The notes beneath the pieces were generated by a model that was not told the DNA's origin, did not search any database, and saw nothing but the letters and a program-made list of their open reading frames with translations. Made by a program: the position numbers and the translations under genes. A stretch of 64,000 nucleotides of DNA from Chloroflexota bacterium (GTDB lineage: Bacteria; Chloroflexota; UBA11872; VXOZ01), in assembly GCA_965221905.1 (NCBI GenBank), contig OZ244922.1, positions 1,984,001 to 2,048,000 of the forward strand, read 5' to 3'. Positions 18,591 to 28,401 of this stretch are shown one piece after another. Every line of letters begins with the position of its first letter. Positions within the stretch are counted from its first letter, which is position 1.

Positions 18591-19421
18591 CTACACTGCA
18601 AATAGTCGTTGCGCGTTAGCAGAAAGCATCAGTTCTTTCTCTCGGTCGGTGATCTCCGCATGCTCGATACTGAGTGTTGCCGACTCTGGATAGAATATCG
18701 GGCAATTAGTGCCTAGGAGGAGGTGGTCTGCTCCCACTTGGGCACACAGTTGCTCAATGTCATCCACCGGTCCCTGTACGCGTGAAACGTCGAAGTAGAG
18801 GTTGTCGGTCTTGTACGCTCGCCGCCAGATATCCGTAATGTGCGCATAGCGCCCGGTGCACACCAGAAAGCGCACGTCGGGGAAGGCGCAAATAGCCTCA
18901 ACGGCATCGGACGTGGTTACCGGCGGCACTTTCACGTGCCAGTGATGCCAACGCGAATCCTCCAGAGTCAGCGTGAGGAGCACCACGAGGTCGTCGGCCT
19001 TGGCGCTTTCGAGCAACGCCAGCGCATTGCCGGTGAGCATGTGATACTGGGCATAGGCTTCCAGGCTTGCATCCATGACGCGCGTCGTATGCGGTTCCAG
19101 CAGTGTGAACTGGTGGTAGTTGGGGTGGATGCGCAGATTGCGCATGCCAAAGTCTTCCATGCAGCGTTTGAAATCCTGCTCCCAACATGGCATGGCTGAA
19201 TTGATGGTGTAGGCAGGCACGAGCCGGTCGGGATGTTCTTGCACGATCCGGTACAACTCGCGGTTGCCCACCATTACGTCTTTGTAGAAGACGTTTTCAA
19301 GGCGCGAGACGACCGCCTTTTCGATGCCGAGCGCGTCCATCTTGCGGAGCAGCGCATCAGGTGTAGCATGATTCAGACGGCGGAAGGGCCATTCGCCTAT
19401 GTATGCATTTGCGTCAATCAT
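18591..19421 (-). CDS. Amidohydrolase_2 family protein
   Basis: MIDANAYIGEWPF, LRIHPNYH, DHLLLGTNCP, MLSANAQRLF; start trimmed to 19421. Confidence 0.8.
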   Translation of the reverse strand: MIDANAYIGEWPFRRLNHATPDALLRKMDALGIEKAVVSRLENVFYKDVMVGNRELYRIVQEHPDRLVPAYTINSAMPCWEQDFKRCMEDFGMRNLRIHPNYHQFTLLEPHTTRVMDASLEAYAQYHMLTGNALALLESAKADDLVVLLTLTLEDSRWHHWHVKVPPVTTSDAVEAICAFPDVRFLVCTGRYAHITDIWRRAYKTDNLYFDVSRVQGPVDDIEQLCAQVGADHLLLGTNCPIFYPESATLSIEHAEITDREKELMLSANAQRLFAV

Positions 19422-19440
19422 AGATTTGCTTCTTTTGCGG

Positions 19441-19467
19441 CCGTCATTCCCGCGCAAGCGAGAATCT
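19441..19467 (+). repeat. GTCATTCCCGCG-type palindromic repeat
   Basis: CCGTCATTCCCGCGCAAGCGAGAATCT between the two amidohydrolase genes; related to the 11901 family. Confidence 0.65.
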
Positions 19468-19528
19468 TTCTGTCTTAACTCCCAGACTCTGGCTTTCACC
19501 AAAGTGGCGGAGGAAATCGAATCAGGCT

Positions 19529-20332
19529 CTAAGGCGCAATTCCCTCCTTGTGGCGCTCGAATTGGCTCCAGGCGACCGTCTGCCGTGTAAAGATGCCGTG
19601 GGCATTCCGCCACAGAATCAGCTCTTTTTCCTCATCAGTAATGGCCGCGCCGTAGACTTTTGCCAGTTGAGACATGAACGAGCGCGGCGCGTTGAGGTCG
19701 CTGCCATAGACCACGTGGTCTGCCCCCGCGTGCTCCACGAGGGTCTCGGTGTAGCCGTTGGTGGCGTCGCCGCCGCCAATATCCATGAAGAGGTTCGGCA
19801 TGCCTTGGGCCGCCTTGGCGCCGTATTCCATATCGCTGCCGGAGTGGCCGAAGAAGAAATTTACATCTGGGTGCCGTTGACCGGCCTCACGCATGTCGAA
19901 GGGATTGGTTTCGCCGGGCATGTTGCCCGTCACCGCCATATACGTGTGCTGAAGCACCGGCAGTTTGTATTCGGCGCAGAGGTGCAGGATGCCGTCAACA
20001 CGCGGGTCGTTGGCTTTCACGCCGGTCCAGAGCTTCACGCCCTGATGACCGTCCCAGGCCTTTACGCGGCGCAGCAACTCGGTCTGCATCGTCTCCGGAT
20101 GGTAAGGGTTGAGATACCACATGGGTATCACGCAATCGGTATTGCCCGAGGCTACCTTAGAGGTAAGGTCGTTGCAGGCGGTGATGTACTCAGGCGTGGG
20201 CAGTGTGGGTGGAAAGTTATTGAAGGCGTTGAGCACGTTGATGCACAGAATGACGCCCAGCCGCCGCGCCTTGCGCAACGAGACCGTGATCTCGTGGTCG
20301 TTCTTGACGTGGGAATGTACGTCAATTATCAC
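19529..20332 (-). CDS. Amidohydrolase_2 family metal-dependent hydrolase
   Basis: IIDVHSH metal motif, GVKL, PVLQH, FGHSG, VVYGSD, ILWRNA. Confidence 0.85.
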   Translation of the reverse strand: MIIDVHSHVKNDHEITVSLRKARRLGVILCINVLNAFNNFPPTLPTPEYITACNDLTSKVASGNTDCVIPMWYLNPYHPETMQTELLRRVKAWDGHQGVKLWTGVKANDPRVDGILHLCAEYKLPVLQHTYMAVTGNMPGETNPFDMREAGQRHPDVNFFFGHSGSDMEYGAKAAQGMPNLFMDIGGGDATNGYTETLVEHAGADHVVYGSDLNAPRSFMSQLAKVYGAAITDEEKELILWRNAHGIFTRQTVAWSQFERHKEGIAP

Positions 20333-20650
20333 GCTGGCATCCTCCCCCAGCCGTCCTCCTCACACAACCACCGTGCTGCTAGCTTAGCTCTACCTTCTGT
20401 GTGTTGTCAAACTGTAGCTCTCCCAGTTGCCCTTGCTCACGGCACACCACACGGCCCCGTGCGTTTGAGGCGCTGATAGCCTTGAGGTGCTGATAGCATT
20501 GAGAAAGGCGCGGTAGGCTGTATTCCTTGAACTTACGCTGGAGGAAACGGAATGAAGGACCCGGTATGATCACCACTACCGCCTTCACCGCAATGTCTTG
20601 GTCGTCATTCGGTCAAGATGTTCTCATCGCAACCTAGACCTTCACATTCG

Positions 20651-21673
20651 CTACCTGGCTATGATAGCGAGCCCTGCTTCAATGCTGGCGATTGCCTCGC
20701 GCTCAGCCTCCAACGCGTCGCCGATCAATTTGCCGGCTTCGGAACGGTCCTCTGCATGCCACGCCTGTCTCTCACAGGCCGTGTCGCAGAGATCGTGTAG
20801 GGGATTCAGCGACTCCATTTCGTGATCGTAGTGAGTCGCCGCCGCTTCGAGCGGTTCAGCCGCCTCGGGGAAATGCGTGACGAGTTCGCGCAGATATGTG
20901 GCGGCGGCAACCCGCCTCCACATGAGCATTTCGAGATGGTGATGGGTGGTATTGGCTGGGACATCCTTCGACTCAAACGCTTTGCGCCAGAGTTCGTATG
21001 CTGCGAAACCATGCGGCGTTGCCCGTCTATTTGCATTGCGCTCGTCATCCTGCGCGTAGCGGGTAGCGTGCGCAATTGCTACCGCATTCCGCAGCGCCGT
21101 CAGATGCGTTGTCCTCTCATTTGCAGTGGTCGGCCCGTCATACACTCGAATGCTGATCGGCTCGTTCGGATCGGGGTATCCGAATTCGTCGAAGCGAACG
21201 GTGTAAGTGCCATCGACGAACGGGTGGCGGAACGTAAACGTCTCCTCAGCCTCGCTGTACCCGACGATCAGCCCCCAGCAAACCGCAAACTCATGGTTTG
21301 CCTTCATTTCTAGACTCATCGGGGACCAGACCAGCGACGGGGCGCCGCGTTTCAAACTAACGTAAACGGCGTCCCTCGCCTCTTGCTTCAGCGCAAGAAG
21401 CTCGACGCCGGTGTCATTCTTGTTTGAGTCAAGAACTCGGAAATTCGCGAGCCGCGGAAGAATGTCCAGCGCGGGGCCCCAGTCGAGGTGGTCATGGTTG
21501 ACGTGTAAGCCCCCCTCTTTCATGTCAAACTGGAACGCATGCCCCAAAACGCCCTGCAGCCGTGCCATGGACCACTCCGGACGGTCGACGGCCTGCATTA
21601 GCGGGCAGAGGCAAGAAGCAAGGGTCGTGCCTTGGTGCGGTTGTGATGGGCTGACGTCTACCATCACGTTCAT
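20651..21673 (-). CDS. Hypothetical protein (possible papain/BtrH-N-like fold)
   Basis: 340-aa ORF with AAGGAG RBS; WGLIVGY motif; no confident family. Confidence 0.7.
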   Translation of the reverse strand: MNVMVDVSPSQPHQGTTLASCLCPLMQAVDRPEWSMARLQGVLGHAFQFDMKEGGLHVNHDHLDWGPALDILPRLANFRVLDSNKNDTGVELLALKQEARDAVYVSLKRGAPSLVWSPMSLEMKANHEFAVCWGLIVGYSEAEETFTFRHPFVDGTYTVRFDEFGYPDPNEPISIRVYDGPTTANERTTHLTALRNAVAIAHATRYAQDDERNANRRATPHGFAAYELWRKAFESKDVPANTTHHHLEMLMWRRVAAATYLRELVTHFPEAAEPLEAAATHYDHEMESLNPLHDLCDTACERQAWHAEDRSEAGKLIGDALEAEREAIASIEAGLAIIAR

Positions 21674-21816
21674 CGGTTGGACTCCTTACAGATCGGCTGT
21701 TCTTTCCCAAGCGGTGAATCTCGTTCTTTAGCCCCTAAACCCAGGGGGACAGCTACTACTTCATCAAGGAGACTTCCGCTAGATATGAATGACCCAGTCT
21801 AGCTTGAATGCTTGGC

Positions 21817-22833
21817 TCAAGGAGCCATCCGCTCCGGCAGTGTTGGTACCGGCGGCACCTCCTGCAAGGTACCGCTATACCCCGCTTCTGTGGCACAGAG
21901 CGTGGCCTGCATGCTCGCAATCGCATCCTGCGTGCTCACAATTGGGTCATGACCAGCGCAGGCAGTGCGCACGAAGTTTGCAAAGATGTCTTCTTGGGCC
22001 GGGAGGTCGATAAGCTCCTCCTGCTCGTCCCAAAGATAGAGCCAAACTCTGCCATCGTGCGTAATCTCCGCCTGGCCCTTGGTGCCAAGAATTTTGAGGC
22101 GGTTGTCCATGCGCCCCAGGCTTGGGGGCACGAGGCGGTGGTGTTCCATCACGGCGCTCGCCCCGCCGTCCATGCGAAAGAGGAGTTGTCCGGCGTTATG
22201 GTAGTGAGCATCATCGGGACGACCGAAATTGCCTTCCGTGCCGATGACACTCGTGTACTCCAGACCCGTGATCCAGCGCACAATGTCGATGTCATGAATG
22301 AGCAGGTCGAGCACCGGCCCTGCGGAGAGCCTGCGGTCGAAGAACCATTCCGGCCGGTCGCCGCGTCGTTCGGTTGCCGCAATCAGCGCATAGGCCTGCG
22401 CCACTTCACCAATCCGGCCGCTCTTAACTACGTCATACACCGCGCGATAGACCGGATTGCCCCGCCGGCTAAAGAGTTGACCGACGTGCAGGGAAGGGTT
22501 CTGCTGGAGAATCGCGATCACGCGGTTAAGCTGCTCTTGGTTCGTCACCATCGGCTTCTCCGCCAGCACCGGAAAACCCGCCTCCAATGCCGCGATGATG
22601 GTCTCGCCCTGGTGGACCGGCAACTGAAAGCTCGCGACGACGTCGATGTCATCACGTGCCAAGAGGTCGTGAAAGTCATCATGAATGGCGGCCTGGTACG
22701 TCTTGGCAAGTTCCGCAGCGCGCTCACCCGCATTGGCAACCGCCACCAGCGCAATTTCAGGATCGTTGTCCACCGCGCCAAACACACGCTCAACGTGCTG
22801 CTCTAGTCCGATCAAACCGATACGATACGTCAT
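21817..22833 (-). CDS. Gfo/Idh/MocA family oxidoreductase
   Basis: RIGLIG, ALEAGFPVLAEKP, GPVLDLLIHDIDIVRW. Confidence 0.92.
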   Translation of the reverse strand: MTYRIGLIGLEQHVERVFGAVDNDPEIALVAVANAGERAAELAKTYQAAIHDDFHDLLARDDIDVVASFQLPVHQGETIIAALEAGFPVLAEKPMVTNQEQLNRVIAILQQNPSLHVGQLFSRRGNPVYRAVYDVVKSGRIGEVAQAYALIAATERRGDRPEWFFDRRLSAGPVLDLLIHDIDIVRWITGLEYTSVIGTEGNFGRPDDAHYHNAGQLLFRMDGGASAVMEHHRLVPPSLGRMDNRLKILGTKGQAEITHDGRVWLYLWDEQEELIDLPAQEDIFANFVRTACAGHDPIVSTQDAIASMQATLCATEAGYSGTLQEVPPVPTLPERMAP

Positions 22834-22961
22834 GCCGGCCTCCCGCAATTCGCTACCTAAATCCTATCAACACTGCAAGGACATGTATTTACATAATAGA
22901 AGTATGGCTCATCTTTCTTGAAGCTCTCACGGCATTCATAGATCCCAGAAGCCAGTGTCTG

Positions 22962-23906
22962 CTACATGTCGAGTTCCGCAGTAATCTGCTGTACGTAGGC
23001 GATGTCTTCCTTGACCTGGGCGATTAGCTCAGGATAGGAGAGTTCCCGCCAACTCCACGCGCCCTGGTATTCCGTATGGAAACAGGCGTAGTTGCCGTAT
23101 CCGATCTGCTTCAGGTACTGGAACGCCTCGCGGTAGGGGGTGATGCCTTCCTTTAAAGGTACGAACTTGCTCTCCCAGGAGACGACGGCATTGGATCGCT
23201 CCGAGTTCGCACTGTTTTGGGCCGGGCGAACGTGCGAGCGTCGGCCCTCGTCGTCCTGGCCGGTAAAGGGGAATAGTCCCACGTTCTTGAGAGAGAGCAT
23301 GCTGAGGCGGTCGGAGATGAGGTCGAGACTTTGCACCCAGCCCCCATACGCGCCTTCCAGGCCCATGTGGCCCAGATCGGCATAGATGCCTATGGCTGCC
23401 GGATCGAAGTCGGCCACTATGCGCTCCACCAGCATCGCCTCGGCGGACAAGCAGTACCCGGCGTGGACATGCACACCCGCCTGGATTCCATACTGAAGGC
23501 AGAGGCGCTCTATGCTCTCTAGGTCGCGTCGCATCTCATCGAGTTGCTGCCGCAGATGGCCGAAGCCCCGATAGTGGTGGTAGCCGAGCTTGAGTTGACG
23601 AATGCCGCATTCGCTCGCGACTGCGATGACTTCACGGGCAAAAGGGGACCCGGCGCTGGTGATATCCGTCGCGATCCAGCCGATTTTGAGCCCGTGCCCT
23701 CGGAAGACCTCAGCAGCCTTTGGCAGATCAGAGCGCGCGCGGTCCGGGGTAACATGGCCGGCCGTGCCCGCCGCCGCCTCCGGCAGGTTGTGACCGGCAC
23801 TACGCACGGTGAGTTCAACACCGTCAAGGCCAAGTCCGGCTATTGTTGCGGCCATTTCCTCTAGAGAGAGGTGTTCCAGTCGCTTGGTAAAAAGCAGAAA
23901 CTTCAT
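22962..23906 (-). CDS. Sugar phosphate isomerase/epimerase (AP endonuclease 2 TIM barrel)
   Basis: GLDGVELTVR, YADLGH, LSLKN, FHTEY. Confidence 0.85.
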   Translation of the reverse strand: MKFLLFTKRLEHLSLEEMAATIAGLGLDGVELTVRSAGHNLPEAAAGTAGHVTPDRARSDLPKAAEVFRGHGLKIGWIATDITSAGSPFAREVIAVASECGIRQLKLGYHHYRGFGHLRQQLDEMRRDLESIERLCLQYGIQAGVHVHAGYCLSAEAMLVERIVADFDPAAIGIYADLGHMGLEGAYGGWVQSLDLISDRLSMLSLKNVGLFPFTGQDDEGRRSHVRPAQNSANSERSNAVVSWESKFVPLKEGITPYREAFQYLKQIGYGNYACFHTEYQGAWSWRELSYPELIAQVKEDIAYVQQITAELDM

Positions 23907-24583
23907 GCGCGTGCACTCTCCAAGAGTGACAAGAGACACTCACCAGGCACTATGTTCCGATAAACCGTTTGCATTGCCCTGTCTCGCCATGCTCTACGAC
24001 GTATCCATTGTGCAAGGGTACAGTGCCACTATAGGCTATCGCTCGTATCTCCGCATTTTTAACTTCTACACGAATGTAAGGAGTCGCAGTAATCTAGCAA
24101 GTGCAAGCTGGATGTGCTCATCTTCCCGCCGCAGCACCACTTCCTCAACTATGAGCGTTGCTCTGGCAGCAAGCGTGCTGCGGAGAGCTGGAAAAGCAAG
24201 TCTTGGGCGACTTTGCCGCCAAGTGATTGGAATCGTCATTTTGCGCTCGATCGGCTACGCCTTAAGCCCAATTGTCACTACTCCCAGGCGTTGCGACAGC
24301 CAATGGGATTGCAGAAGCATTCCAAGTCCTCGTACATTCGCGAGAACCCGATTTCAAGCAATTGGCGCGTGTTTGCCTAGGCGCGAGGATCAGACACGTA
24401 CACACTAATGAGGCCTGCGGGATACACAGCGGCAAACCACCGCGCCACATCTATTGCGCAGTCCGCATGCACTGCGCCGGTCGTCAACTTTGCGGCGCGC
24501 AGTTGATGAGCGCGCATTACGTTGCCCACAGGCAATGGGCGGAGTACTATTGAGGCTAACCGTCGGCCAAGGTAGGAGCATCG

Positions 24584-26200
24584 ATGGCACTCTCAACTAA
24601 TCGCACACGCGCCTTGGTCATAAGTCTACTTTCCGTCGTTGGCTTGGTCTTGGTCTTGGGCTTTGCCGGAGCGCTTGTTAACCGCCTACGCGGCGTACCG
24701 GAATACCCGGCACCCGTGCTTGAGATGAGCGAAGAGGGTGAACCGGCGGTGAGTGTTCTCCCGAGTCGCGCCGAGCTTGGCGCCACAGTCTTCATCACTG
24801 GAGCTCGCTGGCCGGAAGGTGCGCTCATTCGGTTCCAACTGACCTATCCAAACGGGGATTCAGCGGTCTCTGTGGGGCACACGTGGGCAGACGCTTATGG
24901 CACGTTTCGGATTCCGTTCGTACTCCCTGTAGACCTACCGCTGCTTGGCGAGAATGCTCTGGTTCTAGAGGCCCGCGGGGAGACCCCCGGCGGCCGAGAG
25001 CATCAACTGACCCTGCCGCTGCAGGTTACGCGCACCGGCTGGCCGCTCGTGGTGGCGGTTACTGCCGATGATGCCGAGCCGGTTGCCGGCGCGCACGTGA
25101 CCCTCTACGACGCCGTCGGCCAGCTACTGGCTGAAGTGTTTACACGGGATGACGGTAAGGCGACCATCCCGACGGTACCCCTGGGCTCGTATGTCGTTGG
25201 CGTGCGCAAGATAGACTTTGCACTTGTTCGTACCGAAGTTGAAGTCTCAAGACGCGAAACTGAAGTGCCGGTTGCCTTGATCCCGAGTCCTGGAGGTCGT
25301 CTGTTCGTTGGCGGCATCGATAACTCACTCACCCTGATTGATACGGCCAGCAACTTGCCGATGTCTGTCATTGGCGACATCTCAACGACGTATAGTCTCG
25401 TCCGCAGCTTGGATGGACGCTATCTCTACAGCGGCCGCTATGGCGGTTCGATTGCTCGCTTTGACGCTGCCACAGGTGAAGAGGTCGAGAGCATAGCAAT
25501 CAAGAGCGATTACGTACAGCCGACCTTCATGTCGCTTCTACCTGCGGATGAGAAGACTATGTACGGCCTCCTAAGGTTCCAGAGCGACAATGATGAGCGA
25601 GTCTACCGCATTGTGGAAATCGACATGGAGACCCAACGCGTCACGGCAAGTGTGACGAATATCCCCTCGTTTGGGCAACTCATCCTTACGCCGGACGGCT
25701 CCCGCCTGATTCACGTTGGGCACTTGAGCAAGACGATCATGGTCTTGAGCACTGATCCGCTCGCCGTGCTTCGCACAATCGAAGTCGATGAGAATCCGGG
25801 ACGGAGTGTATTGGCCCCGGACGGCACGCGGTTGTTTACAACGCTCATAGATTCTGGAGTCCTGGTAATTATCGGCATTCATGACGGCGAAGTGGAACAA
25901 GGTGCAACAACGAGCGCCGGTTCTGTCGCCCTGGCGATGCATCCAAGTGCAGAATACTTATATGTGGTTAATGGAGTGCTTGGCTACTGCCAGGTGCTTG
26001 ACCCGGAAACCCTTGAGGTGAAGGATACTTTTCCGGTCGGACAGCGGCCCCGTGCGATGGCGCTCTCGAGCGACGGGCAGTACCTCTACATTGCGGAAGA
26101 GAGTGATCCGGTCATTCACGTGATCGACACGATAACCTATCAGCAGGTTGATTCCATCGTGCTTTCCAGCCGAGTGCGAACCCTAGAAGTGCCAAACTAG
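24584..26200 (+). CDS. Membrane-anchored surface protein: Ig-like, carboxypeptidase-regulatory-like and YVTN/YncE beta-propeller domains
   Basis: N-terminal TM; EPVAGAHVTL..TRDDG..GSYVV; repeats LTPDGSRL, LAPDGTRLF, VGQRPRAMALSSDGQYLY. Confidence 0.78.
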   Translation: MALSTNRTRALVISLLSVVGLVLVLGFAGALVNRLRGVPEYPAPVLEMSEEGEPAVSVLPSRAELGATVFITGARWPEGALIRFQLTYPNGDSAVSVGHTWADAYGTFRIPFVLPVDLPLLGENALVLEARGETPGGREHQLTLPLQVTRTGWPLVVAVTADDAEPVAGAHVTLYDAVGQLLAEVFTRDDGKATIPTVPLGSYVVGVRKIDFALVRTEVEVSRRETEVPVALIPSPGGRLFVGGIDNSLTLIDTASNLPMSVIGDISTTYSLVRSLDGRYLYSGRYGGSIARFDAATGEEVESIAIKSDYVQPTFMSLLPADEKTMYGLLRFQSDNDERVYRIVEIDMETQRVTASVTNIPSFGQLILTPDGSRLIHVGHLSKTIMVLSTDPLAVLRTIEVDENPGRSVLAPDGTRLFTTLIDSGVLVIIGIHDGEVEQGATTSAGSVALAMHPSAEYLYVVNGVLGYCQVLDPETLEVKDTFPVGQRPRAMALSSDGQYLYIAEESDPVIHVIDTITYQQVDSIVLSSRVRTLEVPN

Positions 26201-26298
26201 GCACCGCCAACACTCTCCGCCTGATGCGGATGTCGTGCGCGCAAATCGGCTCGCCGACTACCGCAATTGGAATTGTTGCAGAAATCTCACTAAAACCC

Positions 26299-26327
26299 TT
26301 GCACGTTTCTGACCACCATGCTATAAT
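26299..26327 (+). promoter_or_regulatory. Sigma70-type promoter of the amidase gene
   Basis: TTGCAC-N17-TATAAT with extended -10 TG. Confidence 0.65.
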
Positions 26328-26406
26328 AAGTCGCGTAGGACCTCACTACTTCTTTATTTCTTGTTCCCAACCTTGTCTTTGATTAACCCACCTTGGCGAA
26401 TGACGT

Positions 26407-27993
26407 ATGCGGTCTATTCGCGTCTTGCTTTTCGCAACCCTTTTAGTTGTAGTTACTGCTTTAGGACTTCCATGCTACTCAGCACAGGCCACAGGTCCAC
26501 TCGACGGTAGAGTGATCGTGATCGATCCTGGGCATGGCGGGGAAGACCCGGGAGCCGTGGTCAATGGCTTCAGAGAAAAAGATGTAAACCTTCAGATTGC
26601 GCTAAAAGTCAAGTCGCTCTTGGAAACGGCCGGCGCAACCACAATTTATACACGCGATGGCGACTTGACTCTAGGAAACAGCGCGGATCATCGCCGATCA
26701 GATCTGGAAGCGCGGTTGCAGATTGCAAATGAATCGAATGGGGACATCTTTATCTCCATTCATGCGGACTCTTTGGAGGATACGTCGCGCACGGGTGTGG
26801 TGGTTTTCTACGGTCCGGCATCCGGATACCTATATTCCCATACACGACCGCTGGAACTCATAGCTCGAAGCAGAAACCTTGCTCTCACCCTCCGCGACAG
26901 TCTTCAAATAGTAGCTAGTGCAGATGATCGTGGCGTTCGTTCGGTCCCGTACTACCTTTTAGGTAAGATCGGAATTCCGGCGGTCATTGCCGAGGTAGGC
27001 ACATTGACCAACTATGCAGAGGCAATCAAGCTCAATGACCCGAACTACCAGCAGCAAGTCGCAGCCTCGATCTTTAGTGGTATCCTCACGTACTTTATCA
27101 ATCCGGACGGACGCTTCATTGAAGATTTGACAATACCGGACGGCACAGCCGTTTTGGCGGGAAGCAACTTTACAAAGACCTGGAGAATCATGAATACCGG
27201 TGGAAGCGCCTGGAACGAAGACTTCAAACTGGTATTCAAGGGTAGGAATCGCCTCGGCGGCCCCGAGAGCGTGCCCTTGCCACATTTGATGCCAGGTGAA
27301 AGCGGTGCCGTGAGCGTAGAATTGCAAGCGCCGACCTACTGCGGCGAGTGTATGGGCGTCTGGACCATGCAGGGACCGGGTGGAAGGATCTTCGGCGATG
27401 ATCTTTGGGTAAGTATAGGCTTACGTGACTCTCTACCGACTGATCCGGTGCCGCAGAGCGAAAGTCCGGACGCGATGTATTACATTCAGACGGGGCATAA
27501 CATCTTTGGCGGATTTCGCAAGTTCTTCGAGGCAAATGGCGGTATCGACATCTTCGGTTATCCGCGCACCGAAGAGCTTATTGAAGACGGCATGACCGTA
27601 CAGTATTTCCAACGAGCCCGTTTCGAGTATCATCCGGAATTTGCAGGAACGCCCTACGAAGTACAACTAATGCTGCTCGGCAATTACATTCGCAATGGCG
27701 AGCCGCCTGCCGAGACTGTGGCGTCAATGCCGACGACTGAAACCCAAGAGTACTTTCCGCAGACAGGTCACTCTGTGCACTTTGCCTTCTTGAAGTTCTT
27801 TCGTGAGAACGGTGGCATTTACATCTTTGGCTACCCCGTTACGCAAGAGGTGGTTGAGGACGGTCGAATTGTGCAGTATTTCCAACGCGCACGCTTTGAG
27901 TATCACCCCCAACACGCTGGAACACGGTACGAAGTACAACTAGGTCTCCTGGGAGACACTATTCTCCGCCAGAGGGCTTTGCTCTTCGATTGA
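26407..27993 (+). CDS. N-acetylmuramoyl-L-alanine amidase (Amidase_3) + NBR1-like Ig domain + two Chloroflexi-type surface repeats
   Basis: Signal peptide; IDPGHGG, EKDVNL, SIHAD, IAEVG; DLTIPDG..FTKTWRIMNTG..W; 2x TGH..F..NGGI..FGYP..QYFQRARFEYHP. Confidence 0.9.
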   Translation: MRSIRVLLFATLLVVVTALGLPCYSAQATGPLDGRVIVIDPGHGGEDPGAVVNGFREKDVNLQIALKVKSLLETAGATTIYTRDGDLTLGNSADHRRSDLEARLQIANESNGDIFISIHADSLEDTSRTGVVVFYGPASGYLYSHTRPLELIARSRNLALTLRDSLQIVASADDRGVRSVPYYLLGKIGIPAVIAEVGTLTNYAEAIKLNDPNYQQQVAASIFSGILTYFINPDGRFIEDLTIPDGTAVLAGSNFTKTWRIMNTGGSAWNEDFKLVFKGRNRLGGPESVPLPHLMPGESGAVSVELQAPTYCGECMGVWTMQGPGGRIFGDDLWVSIGLRDSLPTDPVPQSESPDAMYYIQTGHNIFGGFRKFFEANGGIDIFGYPRTEELIEDGMTVQYFQRARFEYHPEFAGTPYEVQLMLLGNYIRNGEPPAETVASMPTTETQEYFPQTGHSVHFAFLKFFRENGGIYIFGYPVTQEVVEDGRIVQYFQRARFEYHPQHAGTRYEVQLGLLGDTILRQRALLFD

Positions 27994-28270
27994 GAGCCCT
28001 GAAATCAGGGTTCACCAAAATTTGAATAAACGTATGTGTCCCACGCATATACGTCCCATCCTTCCTCCTTTTTTCCTGATGACATGCCGCTCGTACGCCC
28101 GGGCGGCTTGTCATTTTAATGTGTATCCTTGAATACTTGGCGATGTCAAAGGTTGAATGCAAAGCCATGGCAGTTCTGGACTTAAGACTAGTGCTATTGG
28201 GCCGGCTGGGCGCTTGTACGTAATGTACGATTGGAGGCGCATTGGCCGCGGATAAAGGAGAATGGAACTC

Positions 28271-28299
28271 TTGCAGTAGTTTAGACGTGCGTGTATAAT
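28271..28299 (+). promoter_or_regulatory. Sigma70-type promoter of the lon-dnaK operon
   Basis: TTGCAG-N17-TATAAT. Confidence 0.65.
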
Positions 28300-28323
28300 G
28301 ACCCTATATCAGAAACTACAGTT

Positions 28324-28348
28324 TAGTTGACATGGTGACACTCAACTA
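28324..28348 (+). promoter_or_regulatory. HAIR-like HspR operator
   Basis: TAGTTGA-N11-TCAACTA; core GTTGACA-N7-ACTCAAC vs HAIR CTTGAGT-N7-ACTCAAG; hspR is in the downstream operon. Confidence 0.65.
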
Positions 28349-28401
28349 TTACATCTAATGCAGTAAAGTCAATCTAAGGGAGCTCGTAAGGACCCAATCG
28401 C

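Noticed and set aside
19422-19613. N-terminal extensions of the amidohydrolase (and of RidA, 12849-12923)
   Set aside because: They translate palindromic repeats (DSRLRGND, VISSAARNL); family-typical starts lie downstream
28000-28400. CIRCE (HrcA) operator
   Set aside because: No TTAGCACTC-N9-GAGTGCTAA match; the HAIR-like site fits better
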